Virus record (IMG/VR): IMGVR_UViG_3300048599_000234
Location: 1-53,429 of that record
DNA length: 53,429 nt
Origin: a virus
Taxonomy: Duplodnaviria > Caudoviricetes
Direction: 5' to 3' (one strand)
This document shows, in pieces, positions 43,258 to 53,222 of this stretch. The notes below the pieces were generated by a model, which ran no database searches, had not been told where the DNA came from, and saw only the letters and a list, made by a program, of their open reading frames with translations. Positions within the stretch are counted from its first letter, which is position 1, and the number at the start of each line of letters is the position of its first letter. Position numbers and translations under genes: made by a program.

Positions 43258-44052
43258 ATGAAGCAGGAAAGCCGCCGCGCCCTCGATGTCGAGAAACTGC
43301 TGCAATGGGCGTTCCGCGAGGAGCTGCCGAAGCAATCGATCGAGGGCACCTGGGGCTATTCGGTCTCGCCGATGTTCCGGCTCGCCGCGCTCGGCGTCGC
43401 GATCGACAATTCCGGCGAAGCCTGCCTTCCCGCCGCGCTCGGCGCGCCGCACCCCGACGCCATCGCGATCGGCGACAAGGTCGAGCAGCTCGGGCCCGAC
43501 GCGATCGACTGGCCGAGCTCGCGAGGCAACATCATCGACGACTTCCTCGGTCTGGTGTCCGATAACGATGTTTCGCTGACCGCGCTGGTGATCCATCTGC
43601 CCGGCCTGGTTGGCATGCACGCGCGGATGGGGACGCGGCCGCGGGTGTCGCCTTCGCCGCAGGCCGAACCGATCGTCGGCGACAACGGCAAGCCGGTGGT
43701 GAAGTTCATCGACGACAAGGGCAGGCTTGTCGAAGGCCGCACCAAGGGCCGCCACTATGGCAGCGCGTCGCGTTGTCCGCTGCGCTGGTTTCCGACGCCA
43801 AGGCAGGTCGCTTTCGAGCGGCTGGAATATATCGCCTGGCACGACGCGCTGACGCGATTGGCCGACACGATCAATCAATCCGGACTGGCCGATCATGTCG
43901 CGCTGCCGCCGGCGGCGCCGGCGCGGCCGTGGGAAGCATTAACGATAGACGGACCTCGCATCCTGCCCGGCCTTGACTTGCGCCTGGCGCTTGACCAGCA
44001 TCGCAACGTGCAGAAGCGTCCGCGGCGGAAACGCCCGCAGGGCGCTTTTTGA
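43258..44052 (+). CDS. Conserved-type alphaproteobacterial phage protein (late-regulator position)
   Basis: DVEKLLQWAFREELPK, PHPDA, Y.AWHDAL..L and PARPW motifs. Confidence 0.7.
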   Translation: MKQESRRALDVEKLLQWAFREELPKQSIEGTWGYSVSPMFRLAALGVAIDNSGEACLPAALGAPHPDAIAIGDKVEQLGPDAIDWPSSRGNIIDDFLGLVSDNDVSLTALVIHLPGLVGMHARMGTRPRVSPSPQAEPIVGDNGKPVVKFIDDKGRLVEGRTKGRHYGSASRCPLRWFPTPRQVAFERLEYIAWHDALTRLADTINQSGLADHVALPPAAPARPWEALTIDGPRILPGLDLRLALDQHRNVQKRPRRKRPQGAF

Positions 44053-44076
44053 TTCAGGCCTGCAGGGGCGCGTCAT

Positions 44077-44271
44077 GTGAAGACCATCGCCGCAGCGCTC
44101 GACGCGCTCGCCGAACGGATCGCGCGGATCCCGCCGCCTTCGGCCCGGCGGCCCGATGCCTTTCACGAGGAACGCTCCGAAGTCGCGAGCCTCGCCCGCG
44201 CGATCGCGACCTGGGTGCGCACCGGACGCAAGCCGGTCGAGGAGCTCGAGCAGCTAGAGGTGGGGCGCTAG
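44077..44271 (+). CDS. Hypothetical protein
   Basis: PPPSARRPDAFHEERSE motif. Confidence 0.55.
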   Translation: MKTIAAALDALAERIARIPPPSARRPDAFHEERSEVASLARAIATWVRTGRKPVEELEQLEVGR

Positions 44272-44501
44272 CGGCGCCGGCGTCGGTTTTTCTGGAACAT
44301 CATTGCTTTGGCTGTCACGAGCCGTGAAAGCGTTGCGGCCAGTTCCGGTGTCACCGACGGGGTGATCTGCAGCAGTTTCCTGGCGGCGATGTGATCGATC
44401 GCGCCGTGATAGGTCAGCTGAGCAATCAGGCCGCATGTGGACGACGTTGTCTTGCCTATGTGGTTCCCGAGGTAATTTACGAGCTCATCGATCTTCGTCA
44501 T
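44268..44501 (-). CDS. Hypothetical protein
   Basis: RBS GGGAGG; 77 aa. Confidence 0.55.
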   Translation of the reverse strand: MTKIDELVNYLGNHIGKTTSSTCGLIAQLTYHGAIDHIAARKLLQITPSVTPELAATLSRLVTAKAMMFQKNRRRRR

Positions 44502-44614
44502 GCCGGTCCTCCCTACTGGCGCAGGTTGGCCGGACCGAGCGAGTCGGTCGAATCCGGCCGGGCGGATTTCAACGGTATTCTGGCGTCCGATAAGCGCCCT
44601 TCCCGGACATCAGC

Positions 44615-44821
44615 ATGCCGACCGTCGCCGTGACCGCCTTCACTGACCGAGAAGAGGCCTATCGGGCGTTTGGTGAGCTTGAATTTGTCGAGTTTATCCG
44701 CAGCTGCGGCTGCCCTGAAGCCGATATCCCAGGCCAGCTGGAAAAGTGGCGCGCTGAAAGCGCGGCCTCGTCGCCTCCGGCCGCTGCCGCCAAAAATGCG
44801 CCGACGCGAGTGAGGCCTTAG
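44615..44821 (+). CDS. Hypothetical protein
   Basis: 68-aa ORF upstream of the recombinase. Confidence 0.4.
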   Translation: MPTVAVTAFTDREEAYRAFGELEFVEFIRSCGCPEADIPGQLEKWRAESAASSPPAAAAKNAPTRVRP

Positions 44822-44866
44822 CGCCGAACCGGACGCGGAAAGCTCGCGGATCATTCAGGAGAGCCG

Positions 44867-45790
44867 ATGGGCGAGCTCGTCGACCCCATGGCTTCGGTCC
44901 GCGCCTATCTGGCGGCCGAGAAATCCGACAACACGCGGCGGGCCTACCGGACCGATTTCGACCATTATACCGCCTGGTGTGACAGCCAGGAGCTGCAGGC
45001 GCTTCCCGGATCCGCCGAGACCGTCGCGCGTTATCTGGCCTTTCTCGCCGATTCCGGCCTGAAGCCGTCCACCATCGAGCGTCGGCGCGCCGCCATCCGC
45101 TACGCCCACAAGGCCGGGGGCTACGAGCCGCCGACCGCGGCCGAGGGCGTCAAGGCCACCATGCGCGGGATCCGGCGCACCAAGCGCTCGAGGATCGTTC
45201 GCAAGGCGCCGGCGACGTCGGAGCGCATCGTGCAGATGCTCAGCGCGCTGCCTGACAACCTGATCGGCCGGCGCGATCGCGCGCTGCTGCTGATCGCCTT
45301 CGCGGCCGCGCTTCGAAGGTCCGAGCTGGTCGCGCTCGATGTGCTCGATGTCGACTGGTTCGACGCCGGCATCGTCATCACGCTGCAGCGCTCCAAGACC
45401 GACCAGGAGGGCCGCGGCCGCACCATCGCGGTGCCGAACGGCTCGAAACTGACGCCGGTCGACGCGCTGCAATTCTGGCTGGTCTCGGCCGACATTCGCG
45501 AGGGCCCCATCTTCCGCGGCGTCGATCGGCATGGTCGCGTGTCGAAGGAAGCGCTGACCGATCGCTCGGTCGCCCGCATCATCAAGCGCGCCGCGAAAGC
45601 CGCGGGCCTCGACGAGACGGCATTCTCCGGCCACTCGCCGCGCGCCGGCTTCGTCACCCAGGCGCTGACGGACAAGGTCGATCCGTTCAAGATCATGACC
45701 GTGACCGGCCACCGCAAGGTCGACACGCTCAAGATCTACGACCGCCGCGACGCCGGCCTGCAGGACCCGGCCGGCAAGGACTTCCTGTAA
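44867..45790 (+). CDS. Cre-like tyrosine recombinase
   Basis: SAM-like N-domain (SDNTRRAY..DF), RDRALLL..FAAALRRSEL, RSKTDQ, SGHSPRAGF, GH...IY. Confidence 0.9.
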   Translation: MGELVDPMASVRAYLAAEKSDNTRRAYRTDFDHYTAWCDSQELQALPGSAETVARYLAFLADSGLKPSTIERRRAAIRYAHKAGGYEPPTAAEGVKATMRGIRRTKRSRIVRKAPATSERIVQMLSALPDNLIGRRDRALLLIAFAAALRRSELVALDVLDVDWFDAGIVITLQRSKTDQEGRGRTIAVPNGSKLTPVDALQFWLVSADIREGPIFRGVDRHGRVSKEALTDRSVARIIKRAAKAAGLDETAFSGHSPRAGFVTQALTDKVDPFKIMTVTGHRKVDTLKIYDRRDAGLQDPAGKDFL

Positions 45791-45868
45791 CAGGGGATTC
45801 CTATCGCGCCGCGAATGTGATTCTCTCTGCGTCGATCGCAACTCCGCGATCGCTGAAAGAGAGGCACA

Positions 45869-45964
45869 ATGGCGACAGCCACCAGGAAGCGCGCGAAGCC
45901 GAAGGCTTCCTCGCGCAAGACGATGAAGACCAGCGCGCGCCGCAAGACCGCACGCCGGCGCTGA
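45869..45964 (+). CDS. 31-aa highly basic peptide (not in ORF track)
   Basis: RBS GAGAGG; MATATRKRAKPKASSRKTMKTSARRKTARRR. Confidence 0.55.
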   Translation: MATATRKRAKPKASSRKTMKTSARRKTARRR

Positions 45965-46031
45965 TCTGCATCGGGTCAGACTGGGCAGGGGCCGTCACAT
46001 CGTGGCGGCCCTTTCGATTCAGGGGGCATGA

Positions 46032-46262
46032 ATGCACTTCAATCGCTCCGTCTTCTTGATCGCGGCCGCGTTGATGAGCTCGGTCACGATGCCTGCGGCG
46101 CTGATACCGATGGCACCGCAGGTCTCGCGGAGAGTGCGTAAGAAGCGGCCGCCCTACGTCGCCCGCTATCCGCGCCTCAATAGGTCGCAGCATTGGACGC
46201 CGGCGACATCGTACAATCACGCGCGGGCGATATCGCCGGTGCCGACCATGCCGGTGCGGTGA
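46032..46262 (+). CDS. Hypothetical protein
   Basis: Hydrophobic N-terminus, basic C-terminus; TGATG coupling. Confidence 0.45.
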   Translation: MHFNRSVFLIAAALMSSVTMPAALIPMAPQVSRRVRKKRPPYVARYPRLNRSQHWTPATSYNHARAISPVPTMPVR

Positions 46263-46540
46263 TGCGCGATCCCGACTATCTGGCGCAGCGCTCCTCGCTG
46301 CATGCGATCCTGGAAGATCGAACTCGTTGGCTGCTCGATCGCGCACGAGAGGCGCGCGAACAAGGCTGCTCGCATATCCGCGTCACGCGCAGCAACATTC
46401 ATCGTGTATACCTCGTCGAAGGCTGGAAAGACCGCCCTGTCGACGCCGCCGGCAATCTCTGCGAGGGTGCTGCGCGCTTTCAGTTCGCGACGGCGCCGAC
46501 GCTCGAGGGCCAGGCGCCCTTGCAGTTCGCCGCGGGTTGA
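46262..46540 (+). CDS. Hypothetical protein
   Basis: TGATG-coupled; LVEGWK.RP motif. Confidence 0.55.
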   Translation: MRDPDYLAQRSSLHAILEDRTRWLLDRAREAREQGCSHIRVTRSNIHRVYLVEGWKDRPVDAAGNLCEGAARFQFATAPTLEGQAPLQFAAG

Positions 46541-46550
46541 CTAAATTCCC

Positions 46551-47291
46551 ATGTCGGGGCCGGGCGACGAGCCGCTGCAGAATGCGCGGCACGAGAAATT
46601 CGCCTTAGCAATCGCCGACGGCACCAGCGGACGTGACGCCTACAGAAAAGCAGGTTTCACGGCGAAAACCGACAATGCAGCCGATGCGTGCGCGAGCCGG
46701 TTGCTAGCCACTGATAAGGTCGCAGCCCGCGTCGCCTGGCTGAAAGCGCAGATCGCCGCGCAGGTGATGAGCGCGCGGGTGATGACGCTCACCGAAGTGC
46801 TCGAGGAGCTTTCGAAGCTCGGGCGTTCGAGCCTGCAGCACATGGTGGTCGGCGGCGACAATACCGCCGAAGTGGTCGAATCGCTGCGCAACCTGCCGCC
46901 CGAACACGCCGCCGCGATCAAGACGCTGACGATCGAGACCTATGTCGAAGGGCATGGCGACGCCGCGTGCGACGTCAAGAAGGTGCGGCTGGAACTGCAT
47001 GACAAGCGCGGCGCGCTCGCCGAATTGCGCCGCGCGCTCGATCCGACGCCGCAGAGAATTGCAGATCCGGACGGCCGCCCGGTCGGCACCGCCGCGGCCG
47101 AGCAGTTTGGCGAACAGATCGAAAAGCTCTCCGAGCTCGATCTCGCGCGCCGCATCGCCTTCGCGCTCGAGCGCGCGGCGCGGGCGAATCCGGCCAGCGC
47201 CGCGGACACGCTCGCCGGCGGCGCCAAGGCTCAAAGCAAGCCGCAACGCAAGCCGAAGGCTGTGAAGCAACGCAAGAGGAAGCAGACATGA
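46551..47291 (+). CDS. terS: Terminase small subunit
   Basis: LQNARHEKFA...DAYRKAGF...ASRLL...V.ARV..L; EVLEELSKLG; KKVRLELHDKRGAL. Confidence 0.85.
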   Translation: MSGPGDEPLQNARHEKFALAIADGTSGRDAYRKAGFTAKTDNAADACASRLLATDKVAARVAWLKAQIAAQVMSARVMTLTEVLEELSKLGRSSLQHMVVGGDNTAEVVESLRNLPPEHAAAIKTLTIETYVEGHGDAACDVKKVRLELHDKRGALAELRRALDPTPQRIADPDGRPVGTAAAEQFGEQIEKLSELDLARRIAFALERAARANPASAADTLAGGAKAQSKPQRKPKAVKQRKRKQT

Positions 47292-47635
47292 GCACGGGAC
47301 TGGCGCGCGGCCTCGAGCCCGCAACGATCGCGAATGGCGCGGCGCTTTCGGACGCGGTGCACCTGCATGGCCTGGCGCTGTTCGCGTTGCAGATGCCGGC
47401 GAGCTGGACCGCCGCGGATCTGACTTTTCAGGGGTCCGTCGACGGCACCACTTACGCCGACGTCTACGACGAGGCTGGCGACGAGGTGACGGTGCCGGCC
47501 GCGGCCGCACGCTTCATCCTGCTGGACCCCGCGAAATTCCTCGGCCTGCAGCGGCTGAAGATCCGCTCCGGCACCACCGGCGTGCCGGTCAACCAGGGCG
47601 CCGCGCGCACCATTCAAGTGATCGCCGTCGGCTGA
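47288..47635 (+). CDS. Small beta-rich virion accessory protein
   Basis: MPASWTAADLTFQGSVDG...LKIRSG...VNQ. Confidence 0.65.
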   Translation: MSTGLARGLEPATIANGAALSDAVHLHGLALFALQMPASWTAADLTFQGSVDGTTYADVYDEAGDEVTVPAAAARFILLDPAKFLGLQRLKIRSGTTGVPVNQGAARTIQVIAVG

Positions 47636-47641
47636 CGCGCT

Positions 47642-48325
47642 TTGATCAGGAACCGGCTGCTCTTTCTGCTGGCGTCCGGCGCGGCCGGCGCCGCCGGTGA
47701 TTCATTGCCGGCGCTCCATTTTTCCGGGTCCGTGGCCGAAAGCGCCAGCAACGGGACGGTCATTGGGACGGTCACGATTTCCGGTGCCTACACGGGCACG
47801 CCGACTTTTTCCAAGAGCGGGACCGACGCCGGCAAGATTTCGATCGACGCCGGGACCGGTGTCGTCACCAAGAACGGCACGCTCGACTACGAGACCAAGA
47901 CCTATCTCGACGTCTCGTTCGGAGTTGCGGATATCGATCCGCTGCCGGCGGTCAATCCGGTGGCCTTCACGCCGGCCGTCACCAACGTGCTCGAGGTCAC
48001 GCTTTCCGCATTGACGCTGAATACCGATGAAATCGAGGAAGGCTCGGCCGAGGACACGGTTGTCGGCGCGCTGCAAAGCACGAGTTCCGGTTCGACGCTA
48101 TCGCTGACCGAAACCGCCGGGAGCCGGTTCAAACTTTCCGGCTCAAACATCGTGGCGGGTTCGGTCGCCACCGATTACGGCACCGCGACATCACACAACA
48201 TCACGGTGCGCGAGACGCACGCGGACGCAAGCAATTCGCCGCGTGACAGCGTGATCGCGATCACGGTGACGGAGGTGGGCGCGGCAGTCGAGCCCCTGCC
48301 ATACTTTACCGTCATGTTTCGATAG
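47642..48325 (+). CDS. Cadherin-repeat protein
   Basis: SVAE....GTVIG, SIDAGTGVV, LDYET, VTNV.E, DYGTATSHNITVR. Confidence 0.72.
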   Translation: MIRNRLLFLLASGAAGAAGDSLPALHFSGSVAESASNGTVIGTVTISGAYTGTPTFSKSGTDAGKISIDAGTGVVTKNGTLDYETKTYLDVSFGVADIDPLPAVNPVAFTPAVTNVLEVTLSALTLNTDEIEEGSAEDTVVGALQSTSSGSTLSLTETAGSRFKLSGSNIVAGSVATDYGTATSHNITVRETHADASNSPRDSVIAITVTEVGAAVEPLPYFTVMFR

Positions 48326-48335
48326 GAGCCTCTAA

Positions 48336-49127
48336 ATGGCCGCTGGAATTATCTATAAGACTGTCACGACCACGGACGGCGAAACCATCGAACTGGCGTT
48401 TTTGGTGGACGATACTGGGTCCCCGAGCACTTGGACTCCAGTTTCTGTCATAACTGACGGTATCAATCATCTAGTGATGACTAACGAAGCGCTGTCCACA
48501 AGCGACTATGCGCTGCCGGTTATTATCCACCCGGATGGGCAGAATCCGAACGGCCGGGCCGGAGCAGGCAGTTCATCGCCGGTTGTTCTCGCGAACGAGG
48601 ACAAAACGGCGCTTGTCGATGACGCGGCGTTCACGCCCGGAACATCAAATGTCAATGTCGCGGGATTCCAAGCCGATGAATCCTCGACCGACAGCGTAGA
48701 CGAGGGAGACGCGGGCGCCGCTCGTATGACGCTTGACCGAAAGCAGATCGTCAACCCTCAGCCCCATACGGCGGGCGGCTTGTCGTGTTTTACGTCTCTC
48801 GATCTCGACGAAACGGAGGAGGACGTTAAGACCTCGGCCGGGCAGTTGTATGGGTTCCATATTGTAAACCGGACGACTTCGGTACGTTATCTCCGGTTCT
48901 ATAACGCCACCGCTGCCAACGTTACGGTGGGCACCACGGCCACGTTTGCCGGCCCGTTTGAGATACCGGCCAACGCATCCGACCACACCGCGATGATCAT
49001 GAATTTCGGCGGTCACGGCATCGCGTTTGATACTGCCATTAGCGCCTCTGTGACAACCGGGTTTGCCGCCAACGATACGGGCGCTCCCGGCGCGAATGAT
49101 TGCATCGTGAACATATTTTACAAGTAA
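48336..49127 (+). CDS. Virion accessory/fibre-associated protein
   Basis: RBS AGGAG; VKTSAGQLYG...YLRFYN...VGT beta-sandwich C-domain. Confidence 0.65.
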   Translation: MAAGIIYKTVTTTDGETIELAFLVDDTGSPSTWTPVSVITDGINHLVMTNEALSTSDYALPVIIHPDGQNPNGRAGAGSSSPVVLANEDKTALVDDAAFTPGTSNVNVAGFQADESSTDSVDEGDAGAARMTLDRKQIVNPQPHTAGGLSCFTSLDLDETEEDVKTSAGQLYGFHIVNRTTSVRYLRFYNATAANVTVGTTATFAGPFEIPANASDHTAMIMNFGGHGIAFDTAISASVTTGFAANDTGAPGANDCIVNIFYK

Positions 49128-49137
49128 GGGGTGCATC

Positions 49138-49974
49138 ATGGCGGATCGATATTGGGTCGGCGGAACCGGGACTTGGGATTCATCGACCACGACGCATTGG
49201 GCGACCAGCTCGGGCGGCGCGGGTGGTGCGTCGGCTCCGGTTGCGGCCGATAACGTAATTTTCGATGGCAGTTCAGGCGGCGGGACAGTAACCACCGACT
49301 CCAGCATCGCTGCGGTTGCGTTTGGCACTTTGACGTGCGGTGCGTTTACCGGGACGCTGACGTTCAATAACCACAACACGTCATTTGCGACATTTAATGG
49401 CAGTGGCACCGGGACAAGAACCATTAACATGGGTTCTGGCACGATGACGCTGACTGCAACGGGGGCGTTCACGAGCGTTATAAATTTTGCAACATCAACC
49501 AATCTCACCTTTAACAAAGACACGTCAAAAATTTCGTTTACGGGCGTTAGCACGTCGATCAGGCTCTATTATTTCGGCGGCCTGACCTACCACAACATTG
49601 AATTTGCTCCACCCTCGCTAAGCACTGGGCTTATTGATATAGGTTCCTCACTGACTTGCACGGGCGCTTTCACCGCGAGCAACGTCACTTATTTGAACTT
49701 TAATCAGGTGACTCTCACGACTACTGGTTCCGGCACCTCCACAATCACCGGGCAGGCCAACTCTCCGTGTCTGGTTGTGTCTGGAAACGGCACCGCAACA
49801 TTTTCTTTGGCGCAGGCCGACACTTGGAACTATGTCCATCTATTTAACATAGCGGAGGGAGGCGCCGGGTCCCTGACGGTGAACAATAGCTATTCGTCCC
49901 CTCTTTCGCCGTCCGGAATCACCGTCAATAACCCGTCATCTGGCGGCGGCTCGCAACGAGTCATTTGCGGGTAA
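49138..49974 (+). CDS. Beta-helix-like fibre protein
   Basis: MADRYWVGGTGTWD...WATSSGG.GGASAP..ADNV.FD; Thr/Gly/Ser-rich. Confidence 0.7.
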   Translation: MADRYWVGGTGTWDSSTTTHWATSSGGAGGASAPVAADNVIFDGSSGGGTVTTDSSIAAVAFGTLTCGAFTGTLTFNNHNTSFATFNGSGTGTRTINMGSGTMTLTATGAFTSVINFATSTNLTFNKDTSKISFTGVSTSIRLYYFGGLTYHNIEFAPPSLSTGLIDIGSSLTCTGAFTASNVTYLNFNQVTLTTTGSGTSTITGQANSPCLVVSGNGTATFSLAQADTWNYVHLFNIAEGGAGSLTVNNSYSSPLSPSGITVNNPSSGGGSQRVICG

Positions 49975-49976
49975 AA

Positions 49977-51938
49977 ATGACAGTTGGGAAATCACGCATC
50001 AGCGGCGGGACAAAAAAGGCAAAGCTCCAAATCGTTCTGGGCGGCGCCAATTATTATTCCGGGATCTGCCAATTCCTGAATTGGTGGAAGGTTGCCGGGC
50101 CGACAAAGATTTACAAGAACGACGCGTCTACGCTGGACGGCGCTGCCGTTTGGAGCGCCGGAATTTATCTGGATGAAGACACCGGCGACCTTGTGAACCC
50201 GGTCCCGCTCGATGGCGCAACTGGCGTAGACATCATGGAGCGGATATTTTTCGCGCCGGGCAATTCCATCGCCTATGACGCTGGTTTTAATTATTCCGGC
50301 GAAACGTGGGTTTGCGAATGGGACGGGGCGGCCACTGTCACCGCTTACGGGGCCGCTTCGCAGGCCACCGTCAACGCACACAAGATCACATTCACAATGC
50401 CGTCAAACCCCGGCAACACAACGATGCGGTTTGTTCCTACGGATGCCAACGACCCTCCGCGAAATATCAGAGTGTACCAATCTCGTTACGCGACCAACGT
50501 CGCGAACGGTGAAACATTCAACCCGGACTGGATCGAACAGATAAGCCAGTTCGGTCGGCTCCGGTTTATGGACCTACAACATACCAATAACAACTATATT
50601 GCAGACTTCGACCAATTTGCTGATGAGGGGTACAGCAATTGGGCGCAGACGTTTTCGTCCGTGCAGGATTACGGGCCGAAGGGGGGGCTGCACCCGTCGA
50701 TCATCTGCAAGATCGCAAACGCGACGCGGTGCGCCGTTCATGTCAATCTACCGATCCGGGCGACTGACGCCTGTATAACCGAGTTCGCCACTTACATGCG
50801 GGATAACACCCGCGTTAAAGTCGATTATGAATTGAGTAACGAAATCTGGCATTTTGCTTTCCAGCAAGCAACCTATTGCAGCGAACAGGCGGTGCTTGCC
50901 GGAATGGGGGATTGGCGGGAATGGTTCGGCTACCGTTCCGCGCAGATGATGAAAATCATCAAGGACATTTACAATGACGGTACGCGATGGGGTGGGGTTT
51001 TAAACGGGCAGGGCGCCGATACCGGATCATTCATTGTCATGAAAGCCGGGTTTGATGCGTGGAAAACTGAAACAAGTTCCGCACTGAATTATAACGATCT
51101 TTACAAGTCACATCAGATCGCGCCTTATACCGGCTATCAATATCAAGAGGATGTCAGCCGCTACATAACCGGCATTACAAAAGCCAACCCGGCGGAAATT
51201 ACATGCTCTGCGGCGCATGGATGGAATACCGGAAAGCGTGTGAAGATATTTGTCAATTCCGGCATGACGGACTTGAACAACACGTTCCACACCATCACGA
51301 AAACAGCAAATGACAAATTTACAATCCCGGTCAACACGTCCGGCTATCCTGATTTCGTGAACGTAAATCAATTTGCGATTGATGCGGCGTTGTTCGACCT
51401 TATGGACCGCAGCGAAACGCTGAACGGGTCGAACCCCACACGGTACCCGACCAAATACCAGTATTTCAATGAGGAAGTCACAAAAGCTTGGAAGTCCGGG
51501 AGCGCCACGACCGATCCGGTGACCGGAACCACATACACGCTCGACTCAAGCGTCACGCAGGACACTTTTGTTAATTCGACTTGGCCCGCGCAAAAGTCGC
51601 TTGCTGAAAGTTACGGCGTAGAGCTTCGCCAGTATGAAGCGGGCTATGCTTTGTGCGGTGACGTGTTTTTGGCGGGATGGGGGTCGCAACCGCAATTCGT
51701 CGAATTTCTGTGCGCGAATGCCCATTCGGCGGAACCCGCCGCACTTATTAAGCAACACATGGAGCGGTGGCACGCGATGGGGCTAAAGTACCCCTCGCAA
51801 TTCACAGAATGCGGCGTTGCCACTCAGTTCGGCGCTTGGAATGCGCTTCGTTTTTGGCCCACGGTCGCGAACGGCGACACAATCGATACGGACAATCCGC
51901 GCTGGCAGGCGATGGTCGAATTTAACGACGCGCCCTAA
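49977..51938 (+). CDS. Glycoside-hydrolase-like (TIM barrel) protein with inserted small beta domain
   Basis: FNPDW...LRFMD, HVNLP, YELSNEIW, YEAG; insert ITGITKANPAEIT...HG...G. Confidence 0.65.
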   Translation: MTVGKSRISGGTKKAKLQIVLGGANYYSGICQFLNWWKVAGPTKIYKNDASTLDGAAVWSAGIYLDEDTGDLVNPVPLDGATGVDIMERIFFAPGNSIAYDAGFNYSGETWVCEWDGAATVTAYGAASQATVNAHKITFTMPSNPGNTTMRFVPTDANDPPRNIRVYQSRYATNVANGETFNPDWIEQISQFGRLRFMDLQHTNNNYIADFDQFADEGYSNWAQTFSSVQDYGPKGGLHPSIICKIANATRCAVHVNLPIRATDACITEFATYMRDNTRVKVDYELSNEIWHFAFQQATYCSEQAVLAGMGDWREWFGYRSAQMMKIIKDIYNDGTRWGGVLNGQGADTGSFIVMKAGFDAWKTETSSALNYNDLYKSHQIAPYTGYQYQEDVSRYITGITKANPAEITCSAAHGWNTGKRVKIFVNSGMTDLNNTFHTITKTANDKFTIPVNTSGYPDFVNVNQFAIDAALFDLMDRSETLNGSNPTRYPTKYQYFNEEVTKAWKSGSATTDPVTGTTYTLDSSVTQDTFVNSTWPAQKSLAESYGVELRQYEAGYALCGDVFLAGWGSQPQFVEFLCANAHSAEPAALIKQHMERWHAMGLKYPSQFTECGVATQFGAWNALRFWPTVANGDTIDTDNPRWQAMVEFNDAP

Positions 51939-52132
51939 GTGTTATAGCGCGGGTCGCCCTTATACTTGCCGCCGCTAACGTACTTTTCTTGCTTTTTCCC
52001 ACGAACAGCGTCAGCCGTCGAAAAGCACACCCTGGCTAAAATGGCAAAGGACGCGCCGATAAATTCAAGCGGCAGCGTAATGACTTTGGAAAGCATGGAC
52101 GGCCTCGTCGGTTGAATCCGTAGATTAAACAC
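51935..52132 (-). CDS. Small hypothetical protein
   Basis: Convergent AT-rich ORF. Confidence 0.35.
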   Translation of the reverse strand: MFNLRIQPTRPSMLSKVITLPLEFIGASFAILARVCFSTADAVRGKKQEKYVSGGKYKGDPRYNT

Positions 52133-52295
52133 TCAACCGCCGGTGGTGCAAGTTCCAAAATCGTTAGAAACACAGGTTTAACGACGCCTAAAACCGTGCG
52201 TTGGCCGCATAGCCTTGCCGGCCGCAAGGTGCGGCAATGGCAACCGCCCTTTTCATCCTCAATGCCGCGCCGATAAGTTTCGAACCGCTTCACTG

Positions 52296-52323
52296 AAAGC
52301 CGTCCTGCCCGGGGCGGCTTTTT
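52296..52323 (+). terminator. Rho-independent terminator
   Basis: AAAGCCGTCC-TGCCC-GGGGCGGCTTT followed by TT. Confidence 0.7.
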
Positions 52324-52382
52324 CGATTCCCCCGGGCGACCTCCACCAGCAACAGCAACAGCACGAATAGGAGACTGCAATC

Positions 52383-53207
52383 ATGGGCCAGCCTGGCACC
52401 CCGGAAATTCTCACGTCTTTGCATGGCCGCCGCATCGGCCTCGGTCCGAACGGCGAACTGATCGTCGAAGGCAAGCGCATCAGCAACCCGGCCTTCAATG
52501 GCCCGTTCCAGCAGGCGCCCGGTTTCATCGCCGATCCGTCCTATGCCTTCGAATTCTTCGACGACTTCCTCAATCCGGCTTCGGCCACCGCGTCGGACTA
52601 CCACGCGCTAACCTCGACCGATGACGGGGGCACCGGCACCAATGCCTTCCAGGACGTCGCCGGCGGCGTCTACAACATCGTGACCGCCGCGGCCGACAAC
52701 GATTATCACGCGATGTCGACGGTGGCGGAAAACTGGAAATTCGCGGCCAACAAGGAGCTCTGGCTCGAGGCAAAGCTGAAGGTCGCGGAAGCGGCCCTGC
52801 TCGAATCGACCTGGTGGGTTGGCCTGACCGATACGCTCACCACCGGCGGCATGCAGGCCAATGCGCTCGGCCCGCTCGCATCTTACGACGGCGCCATGAT
52901 CTGGAAGACGCCCGAGACCGCGCTGACGCTCAACTTCGAGACCAGCAATGCGGGCACGCAGAACACGCTGTCGGGCTTCGCGACGTCGGTTTCCGACACC
53001 TGGACCAAGGTCGGCTTCCATTTCGACGGCGTCGGGCTGATCACGCCTTACGCCGATGTCGGCTCAGGCTGGGTCAAGGGCACCGCCCAGGCGATCGTGC
53101 TGACCGGCCTCGAGGAGATGCACGCGGTGTTCGGCGTCAAGGCCGGTCCTGCCGGCGGCGCCGAGACCCTGCAGATGGACTATCTGCGGATCGTCCAGCT
53201 GCGCTGA
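52383..53207 (+). CDS. Beta-sandwich (lectin-like) virion-associated protein
   Basis: RBS AGGAG; FFDDF...LWLEAKLKV...KVGFHFDG...MDYLRIVQLR. Confidence 0.7.
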   Translation: MGQPGTPEILTSLHGRRIGLGPNGELIVEGKRISNPAFNGPFQQAPGFIADPSYAFEFFDDFLNPASATASDYHALTSTDDGGTGTNAFQDVAGGVYNIVTAAADNDYHAMSTVAENWKFAANKELWLEAKLKVAEAALLESTWWVGLTDTLTTGGMQANALGPLASYDGAMIWKTPETALTLNFETSNAGTQNTLSGFATSVSDTWTKVGFHFDGVGLITPYADVGSGWVKGTAQAIVLTGLEEMHAVFGVKAGPAGGAETLQMDYLRIVQLR

Positions 53208-53222
53208 GGCGCGGCGAACGCG

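Noticed and set aside
44867-45790. Phage-plasmid lifestyle
   Set aside because: No ParA/ParB or plasmid Rep was recognised, and int plus attP indicate integration.
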